Source of the DNA: a virus
Taxonomy: Duplodnaviria > Heunggongvirae > Uroviricota > Caudoviricetes
Length of the DNA stretch: 55,391 bases
Virus record (IMG/VR): IMGVR_UViG_3300036771_000024
Coordinates: 1 to 55,391 of that record
Direction: 5' to 3' (one strand)
Shown: in pieces, positions 49,295-55,391 of the stretch
How positions within the stretch are numbered: position 1 is the stretch's first letter
Layout of the letters: the number at the start of each line of letters is the position of its first letter
Notes under the pieces: generated by a model
What the model saw: only the letters and a program-made list of their open reading frames with translations
What the model was told of the DNA's origin: nothing
Databases searched by the model: none
Position numbers and translations under genes: made by a program

Positions 49295-49472
49295 CGACGC
49301 GCGTAACCAAATCGAACGGCAAGGTCTCGTTCGATAACGGTGAAACCTGGCATACGGTCACTGACATGGAAATGTCGTGGAGCACCATCGAGGAAACCCG
49401 TGGCGGGGAAGAACCGGGTGACTGGAAGGTCGCCTGCGAGGTCATCCCGGTGGTCAAGGAGAAGGACAGCGA

Positions 49473-50009
49473 ATGACCACGAAGCTCCGTGAGCTTCTCG
49501 ACACGGTCCGGCAGGTTGACCGGAAGTGGCAGAAGCAAGTTGAGGTCCCGGAAAAATTCACCCCGTGGATGCCCGCTGACGTGGCCCAGTACCTGGTGCT
49601 GCTGATCGAGGCGATGCATGAGGCACCGGGGGAGAAGTTCCTTGAGATCGGCTGCGGCCCGGGCACGAAGATGCTCCTGGCGCGGGACGCCCTGTGTGAC
49701 ATGCTGGACGTATCCGGGTTCGACCGGGTCCCCGAATACGTGCAGGCCGCACGTGAACTTGGCCTGAACGCCGTGGTGTGCGACGCGTTTGACTACCCGG
49801 CGTACAACAAGCATGACATCGTGTTTTTCAACCGGCCGTTCCGTGACCGGCAGATGCAACGTGACCTGGAACGCCTCGTCTACACGAGGATGCGCCGAGG
49901 TGCCGTGGTGATCTGCATGAACCTGGAGAACAAGCCGCCATCTGACAAGTTCCTCGTCATCACCGACGACTGGGAAGAGGGGCGGCGCGGGGTATGGCTG
50001 AAGTTGTAA
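49473..50009 (+). CDS. class I SAM-dependent methyltransferase
   Basis: FLEIGCGPG, GFD, CDAFDY, DIVFFNRPF. Confidence 0.82.
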   Translation: MTTKLRELLDTVRQVDRKWQKQVEVPEKFTPWMPADVAQYLVLLIEAMHEAPGEKFLEIGCGPGTKMLLARDALCDMLDVSGFDRVPEYVQAARELGLNAVVCDAFDYPAYNKHDIVFFNRPFRDRQMQRDLERLVYTRMRRGAVVICMNLENKPPSDKFLVITDDWEEGRRGVWLKL

Positions 50010-50138
50010 TCTCCCACGACTACGGCGGGGACGTAGGCGAGAACCCCGTGACCGCGCCGGTGGAGAACAAGGTCGTGGTGGCTGGCCTGGCATCGGCTTC
50101 CGCGGCACCGGGTCCAGCGGAAGTCGAGGAACCTGACA

Positions 50139-50657
50139 GTGGCGTGGACTGACAGCCGCATTTTCCAGCAGGCTATGCTCAACCCGATCGCAGGGCGTTC
50201 CTGGACGACAGCGGCACCCACCACATATTCTTCGCTTTCCGCCGATACGATCGACGTGTCACTTTTCAATAACACGACCACCCCTGACCGCACCGCAGCG
50301 GTCGCTAACACCGGATATAACACGGGGGTATGGGTCACCGGTAATGAGGTTGTGGACGTGACGAACTGGGTGGCTGGCGGCCGGGCGCTAGCATCGAAGA
50401 CGTTCACCATCGACACCGGTTCATCCAGTATCTGTTTCGGTGCGGCGAACCTGTCCGGTGGCGGCAACGTCACCCTGGCGAACGTGTTCGGGTGCTTCGT
50501 CTACGACGCCACGATCACAGGCGGAACAGTCTTGAAGCAGGGGCTCTGCTATAACTACTTCGGCGGGGCCCAGGGTGTCACCGCCGGGGCTTTCACGATC
50601 GTCTGGGCGACACCCGGTGGTGGCGCTATCAGCGCGGTCTTCAACATTACCGTGTGA
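50139..50657 (+). CDS. putative virion structural protein, paralog A
   Basis: Thr/Gly/Ala-rich beta protein, TNWVAGGRAL, GVTAGAFTIVW. Confidence 0.7.
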   Translation: MAWTDSRIFQQAMLNPIAGRSWTTAAPTTYSSLSADTIDVSLFNNTTTPDRTAAVANTGYNTGVWVTGNEVVDVTNWVAGGRALASKTFTIDTGSSSICFGAANLSGGGNVTLANVFGCFVYDATITGGTVLKQGLCYNYFGGAQGVTAGAFTIVWATPGGGAISAVFNITV

Positions 50658-50977
50658 GGCTGGATATGAACGTTCCCCTGCTCGTCGCCTACCAGGACTG
50701 GTACTGCCCGGAGTGCGGGGCTGAGGAGCGTACCCCGCCGCTCCCTCCGAACTCGTCACGCATGCACACCTGCCCTCGACTCCACATGCTCACCGCGCCC
50801 CTGGTGCGGGCCGGAGCGGACTGCAAGCTCGTCGCCAGTGAACGCGAGGACTACCTGGGTGACGAAGTGCAACGCACCGGGGACGACGGAAAGCCATACA
50901 TGAACGTGGAAACACAGCACGCCGATGGGCACAACGACATCGCCGTTTTCGCGCCAGTAGCGAGAGGTTACCTGTGA
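50654..50977 (+). CDS. hypothetical protein
   Basis: WYCPEC...MHTCP; coupled to upstream stop. Confidence 0.6.
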   Translation: MRLDMNVPLLVAYQDWYCPECGAEERTPPLPPNSSRMHTCPRLHMLTAPLVRAGADCKLVASEREDYLGDEVQRTGDDGKPYMNVETQHADGHNDIAVFAPVARGYL

Positions 50978-51118
50978 GTAAGTACGACGAGGGTGGCATA
51001 CTCCCACCCGGCTGGGCGACGGTAGAAAACGACACAGGTCAGGATCTTGTTATCCACGCACCCTGCGCAGCGGCGCAGGGTTCAGCGTCCATGAACAGCG
51101 AATCTGAGGAGGCGGGCG

Positions 51119-51622
51119 ATGGCCTGGACTGACAGCCGGATCTTCACCCAGGCGGTACTGAACCCGCTCACCGCGTCCGCGTGGTCTACGGTCGAGCCCA
51201 CCTCGTATGGTGCGACCGGGTTGTCCACGGACACGATTAACGTCGCTACGTACAACAACTCGGTGACACCCGACCGTGACGCTGCTGTCGCATCCACCGG
51301 ATACGCGACGGGCACATGGTCCGGTAACGAGATCACCGGGACGAACTGGGCGGCTGGCGGGCAGGCTCTCGGATCCAAGACTTACACCGCCAACCTGGGC
51401 GCTGTGCCGTTCATCGTTTCGTTCGACGCGGCTGACGTATCCGTGGCTGCTGTCACCTTGCTGGCGTTCTTCGGGGACCTGACGTACGACAACACGATCT
51501 CAGGCGGGACCGTCGCGAAGCAGGGATACTGTTTCCACTACTACGGCGGGACGCAGAGCGTCACGGCGGGCAACCTCACGATCATCTGGGACACGACCGG
51601 GGTCTTCCGGTTCAGCGTTTAA
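51119..51622 (+). CDS. putative virion structural protein, paralog B
   Basis: MAWTDSRIF start identical to 50139; alignable end to end. Confidence 0.75.
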   Translation: MAWTDSRIFTQAVLNPLTASAWSTVEPTSYGATGLSTDTINVATYNNSVTPDRDAAVASTGYATGTWSGNEITGTNWAAGGQALGSKTYTANLGAVPFIVSFDAADVSVAAVTLLAFFGDLTYDNTISGGTVAKQGYCFHYYGGTQSVTAGNLTIIWDTTGVFRFSV

Positions 51623-51633
51623 GGAGAAGCAGC

Positions 51634-51933
51634 ATGATCTTGACGGGCACGTTCAATCTCGCTGGCGATCCGACTATCTCCGTGGATATCGTCGCCGCCG
51701 CCTACGAAAACGCCGGGCTCAGCGTCCCTCCCGAATACCCTGACCAGCACTGGTATCTTCAGCGGGCTGACACCGCTTCTGTCTCGCTGGAAGGTTTCGC
51801 GGCCACCGGCTACCCGCTGCCAGGCAATGCAGGATCTGTTACTCAGTACAATTTCCCACTGGGCAACACTCCACACCTGCGGAATCACTCCACTAGCACA
51901 GCCACGCTCTACTACATACTAGTAGCTAGCTGA
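51634..51933 (+). CDS. hypothetical protein
   Basis: AAGGAG RBS, 99 aa. Confidence 0.6.
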   Translation: MILTGTFNLAGDPTISVDIVAAAYENAGLSVPPEYPDQHWYLQRADTASVSLEGFAATGYPLPGNAGSVTQYNFPLGNTPHLRNHSTSTATLYYILVAS

Positions 51934-51942
51934 CAAAGCAAC

Positions 51943-52515
51943 GTGAGAATCTGCTACTTCTGGACGAAGCTCTGGGACGAGGCCGTCGAGGCGCTCCCAC
52001 CCGACGCCGAGCAAGTGTACGTCGGTGAGTCGCTTACCTCCTACTGGGACGCTCTGAGCGCACGGTGGGGCACTGATGACCTGATGATCGTGGAGCACGA
52101 CATCGTTCTGCACGACCAGGTGGTGGAGCAGTTCGAGGCGTGCCCGAACGTTTGGTGCACGTTCCCGTACTGGCATGACGAGTGGCTGGACGAGGCCCTC
52201 GGGTGCACCCGGCTCCGCCTGTCGATCCAGCAGCAGATCACCCCGGCGGAGATCCAGGAGGAATCCTGGGGGTCGTGCTGGGAGTGCAACCCGACCGCGA
52301 CGATGCCGACCGTGGATGAGCTACGAGACCTGCCGAAGTGGCGGCAGCGGATCAAGGACGGCGAGATCCTGGGATGCTGGCGTCACATCGACGGAAAGCT
52401 CATCTGGTCGATGCGCAGGCATAAGCAGAAGGTGTGCGTACACCTGCCCACGGTGGAACACCTGAGTCACCGTGTCATCCCCGATGGTAATTTTTACGTG
52501 AGGAGCTGGGAATGA
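51943..52515 (+). CDS. putative GT-A glycosyltransferase-like protein
   Basis: DLMIVEHDIV (DxD variant), ALGCTRL, WRHID...HLPTVEH. Confidence 0.5.
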   Translation: MRICYFWTKLWDEAVEALPPDAEQVYVGESLTSYWDALSARWGTDDLMIVEHDIVLHDQVVEQFEACPNVWCTFPYWHDEWLDEALGCTRLRLSIQQQITPAEIQEESWGSCWECNPTATMPTVDELRDLPKWRQRIKDGEILGCWRHIDGKLIWSMRRHKQKVCVHLPTVEHLSHRVIPDGNFYVRSWE

Positions 52516-53132
52516 CATTCCAGACCGGGACGAACACCGAGGTCCTGTACTGCATGCCCGCCGCTGGCGCAGCCCTGGCGAACAGCACCGCAGCGGCGAT
52601 CATTTCCGCGAACACGTCCACCAACCCGCCGTACCAGCTTCCCCCGATACAGAACCTGTTCGGCGGTCCTTCCTATGCACCAGGACGGGCCATGCGCGTC
52701 GTGGCCCGGGGTACGTTTGGCACCACGGGCAGCCCGACGTTTACACTCACCTGCGGTTTGAACGTTTCCGGGTCCCAGGGCAATACGGGTTTCGCGACTG
52801 GGGTCATCCTCGCTGCGACGGGGGCATTTACGGCACCTACCACGATCACGAACGGGATCTGGGAGCTGGAATTCGGGATCGACATCAACTCGATCGGTGA
52901 CACGAACGCCACCGCTGCGCTGAGCCTGGATGCGCTCGGCCGATTCATCCTCGGTTCGGGTAACAACGCTGCCACCGCAGCGGCGACCGCATACATGGTG
53001 GGCTCCGCCACGGCGATCACTACGGTGGTCCCGCAGAACGCGTACTGGGTTGAGCTGGTCGGCAAGTGGGGTACGGCCAGCGCGTCGAACACGATCACCT
53101 GTCTCCAGTTTGAGGTGCTCGGCCTGAACTAA
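52512..53132 (+). CDS. putative virion structural protein
   Basis: Thr/Ala/Gly-rich beta-type sequence, 206 aa. Confidence 0.65.
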   Translation: MTFQTGTNTEVLYCMPAAGAALANSTAAAIISANTSTNPPYQLPPIQNLFGGPSYAPGRAMRVVARGTFGTTGSPTFTLTCGLNVSGSQGNTGFATGVILAATGAFTAPTTITNGIWELEFGIDINSIGDTNATAALSLDALGRFILGSGNNAATAAATAYMVGSATAITTVVPQNAYWVELVGKWGTASASNTITCLQFEVLGLN

Positions 53133-53175
53133 ACATAGGTCCCGGACACCTGCCGGCCGGAAAGGGTAGCCCGCC

Positions 53176-55391
53176 ATGGCTTTCACGGTTAAGGCTACTC
53201 AGTCGGGTGGCGCGGGTATCTTCCTGGCCGTCAAGGTTCTCTCTGGTGCCAGGGTCGCGTCTTCACCCGCCACTGCTACAGAGAACAGCCTGACTCTCGC
53301 GCCTACCGCGAGCATCACCACCACCACGGTAGGCGCTCAGGTCTACGGCTCGATCATCTACACGGTCAACAACAGCTCGACGTTCACCGCAGCAGCCGGC
53401 AATACGATCGCTGACTCGATCGCGGGTGTTGGCGACACGTTCGGCTCCACCCGCCTGACTGCCGCTGTCGTCACGCCCGGAGCGACCGCTGTCGGTGCCA
53501 CCGCCCCAGCCGGTAACGGGACGTTCGGCACGTCGGCCGCGTTCCTGGAGATCCTCCCGGCCGGGACTATTGCCCAGGACGGTTCTACCCCGGCTGCTGT
53601 CGCCAGCGGTGCGCTGTCTTCAATTACGACAGCGGCGTTCACCCCGCCGCCTGGCACGCTCCTGGTAGCGCTGGTCAACACCGACGCGGCGCAGACCATC
53701 CCGGTGATCACGGATACGTCGGGCCTGGGCCTGGTCTGGACACGGCAGGTCTCATCGACCAGCGCTAGCCAGTCCGGTGGTGCCTGGATCTACACCGCTG
53801 TGATGCCAGGTGTCGCTTTCGACAATGCTGTGGGCGCGAGCACGGCTGGTACCGCTTTCACGGTCAGCCCGCACACCTGGACGCACGTCAACAACGGCAA
53901 CTGCATCATCGTCGCGTTCGACGCTTCTGCGGCCAGCACCAACCTCGTCTCGGCGGTCACCTACGGCGGCGTGAACATCCCGCTGCTGACATCCCAGAAC
54001 GGCGCTGGTGCCACCCCGAACCTCACGGTCTACGGGCTGGCAGGCCCCACCGTCCCGACCGGCAGCAACACCGTATCGGTCACGTTCACCACCGGTTCCG
54101 GGGATTTCATCGCCGGGTCCGTCTCCCTATCAGGGGCGGCCTCGCTGGGTACCCCAGTGAGCAATTCCATCGCCGGTGCAGGGGCGGGCACGCTCACGGT
54201 CTCTGTGCCCGGTACCACGGCCGGTGGCGTGATCGTCGCTTCTGCGACTTTCGGTGGTGGCGGCGGTGGCACGTTCTCCGGTACGAACGGTGTCACCATC
54301 GGGTGGCAGAACAACGTCGGCACCGGCAACGCGGGCGATAACGCGACGATGGGCACTGTGTCCTCCGCTGGCGGTGCCCAGACGGTCGGCTTCAGTGACA
54401 GCGGTGGCAGCGACACCTGGACGCTCATCGCGGTCGAGGTGCTGCCCCCTTCACCTCCTTCTTCTCCTCCGCCGCCTCGTGCCCAGCCAGGTAGTGCGTG
54501 GCGGGTGCAGCGCAAGTTCAGTCACACGCGCCGCCCGAAGCCTTCGGTCGTCAAGATCCCGCCCCCGTTCGTCACGAATGTCACCGGGGCGCTGACCTCG
54601 AACGTCGGACCAGGCGGTGTGCTGCTGCGGGTCTACGCGCTGACCGGTCAGGCTGCCAGCCCGATCGGGAACACGGGCTCGGCTGCTTTCCATGCCGCCT
54701 CGACGGTGCTGGCCGCGTCGATCACGACCACGCAGACGGGCAGCCGTGTCTACGGGGCGCTGGAAAACAACAACACGTCCGGGGCTAGCTCCGCTCAGGC
54801 TGGCACGACGCTGGTCGATGATGTCCCTGACGGGCTCAACAGCGCCCAGTACCTGTCGTGCAAGACCACCAGCCTGACGGGCACGCCGGGTGCTGCCACA
54901 GTGGGTGCTACTAACGCGTTCACTTCTGGTTCTGTGGCGCTGGTGGAGATCCTGCCAGGGACCGGGCTGACCGAGGATTTGTCGTCGCCGCCCCCGGTGT
55001 CCTCGACTTCGCTTACCTCGGTCACGTCGGCCTGGTTTGCGCCGCCACCCGGGTCTCTGCTGGTCGCACTGTTCACCGCTGAGGGTGACGGGGTTAACAC
55101 ACAAACCGCCAGTATCACGGACGCCGCGGGCCTGGTGTGGACGCAGCAGAAGCTGGCCTGCATCACAGCTTCGGGTCTTTCCGGTGTGTGGACCGCGCAG
55201 GTGCCGCCCGCACCGGTAGCCCCGACCAATGTCAATGTCAACGCGCCAGGTGTCGCGGCGACGGGCGTATCACCGCAGCCTGTCGTCAAGATAGACCTGC
55301 CGCAGACCGGTGTCGCAGCTACCGGTTCAGCCCCGCAGGCGACGGTCAGCCTGACCGTTTTCGCGGGCATCCCGACTGCTACGGGCACAGC
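53176..55391 (+). CDS. long Ser/Thr/Ala/Gly-rich modular virion protein, open at window edge (>738 codons), absent from ORF track
   Basis: ATG 53176, no in-frame stop in the segments translated; duplicated module ASITTT...VGAT...EILP...PPPGxLLVAL...GLVWTxQ. Confidence 0.8.
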   Translation, partial: MAFTVKATQSGGAGIFLAVKVLSGARVASSPATATENSLTLAPTASITTTTVGAQVYGSIIYTVNNSSTFTAAAGNTIADSIAGVGDTFGSTRLTAAVVTPGATAVGATAPAGNGTFGTSAAFLEILPAGTIAQDGSTPAAVASGALSSITTAAFTPPPGTLLVALVNTDAAQTIPVITDTSGLGLVWTRQVSSTSASQSGGAWIYTAVMPGVAFDNAVGASTAGTAFTVSPHTWTHVNNGNCIIVAFDASAASTNLVSAVTYGGVNIPLLTSQNGAGATPNLTVYGLAGPTVPTGSNTVSVTFTTGSGDFIAGSVSLSGAASLGTPVSNSIAGAGAGTLTVSVPGTTAGGVIVASATFGGGGGGTFSGTNGVTIGWQNNVGTGNAGDNATMGTVSSAGGAQTVGFSDSGGSDTWTLIAVEVLPPSPPSSPPPPRAQPGSAWRVQRKFSHTRRPKPSVVKIPPPFVTNVTGALTSNVGPGGVLLRVYALTGQAASPIGNTGSAAFHAASTVLAASITTTQTGSRVYGALENNNTSGASSAQAGTTLVDDVPDGLNSAQYLSCKTTSLTGTPGAATVGATNAFTSGSVALVEILPGTGLTEDLSSPPPVSSTSLTSVTSAWFAPPPGSLLVALFTAEGDGVNTQTASITDAAGLVWTQQKLACITASGLSGVWTAQVPPAPVAPTNVNVNAPGVAATGVSPQPVVKIDLPQTGVAATGSAPQATVSLTVFAGIPTATGT

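Noticed and set aside
38781-50009. DNA hypermodification as the primary role of the GT locus
   Set aside because: No hydroxymethylase, deoxynucleotide kinase or base-swapping enzymes recognised, and position in the late structural operon favours protein targets; not excluded, since the rest of the genome is unseen
1-55391. Integrase, att site, reverse transcriptase/DGR, intein, tail tape measure
   Set aside because: No supporting motifs seen in this window

Overview
High-GC tailed dsDNA phage of an actinobacterial host (inferred from gene content and RBS/promoter style), partial genome. 1-9.8 kb holds small leftward ORFs separated by structured intergenic elements. 9.85-10.7 kb is a non-coding, repeat- and palindrome-rich block, probably the joined genome termini/packaging site. 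10.8-28.9 kb is a second, mostly leftward accessory arm with two DNA methyltransferases, two HNH proteins, a PNK-type HAD phosphatase, a HicA-like gene, an initiator tRNA-Met and a 57-nt tRNA-Ala-like mini-RNA. From 29.0 kb the rightward late operon runs small/large terminase, papain-like peptidase, portal, prohead protease and HK97-type major capsid. Where head-tail genes would normally follow there are four disordered Gly/Pro/Thr-rich proteins and a ~14 kb glycan-building locus. It has 7 glycosyltransferase-like domains, an NDP-sugar epimerase/decarboxylase, an NDP-sugar C-methyltransferase, 3 further SAM methyltransferase domains and a cobalamin-dependent radical SAM enzyme, and is followed by Ser/Thr-rich structural proteins. 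The three strongest novelty candidates are (1) this methylated-glycan virion-decoration pathway, (2) a four-copy intergenic RNA element with covarying, mutually exclusive helices at 1.2-5.8 kb, and (3) the G3:U70/CCA mini-tRNA. No integrase, replisome, tape-measure or canonical lysin gene was recognised in the window. All family calls are by motif recognition, not database search.
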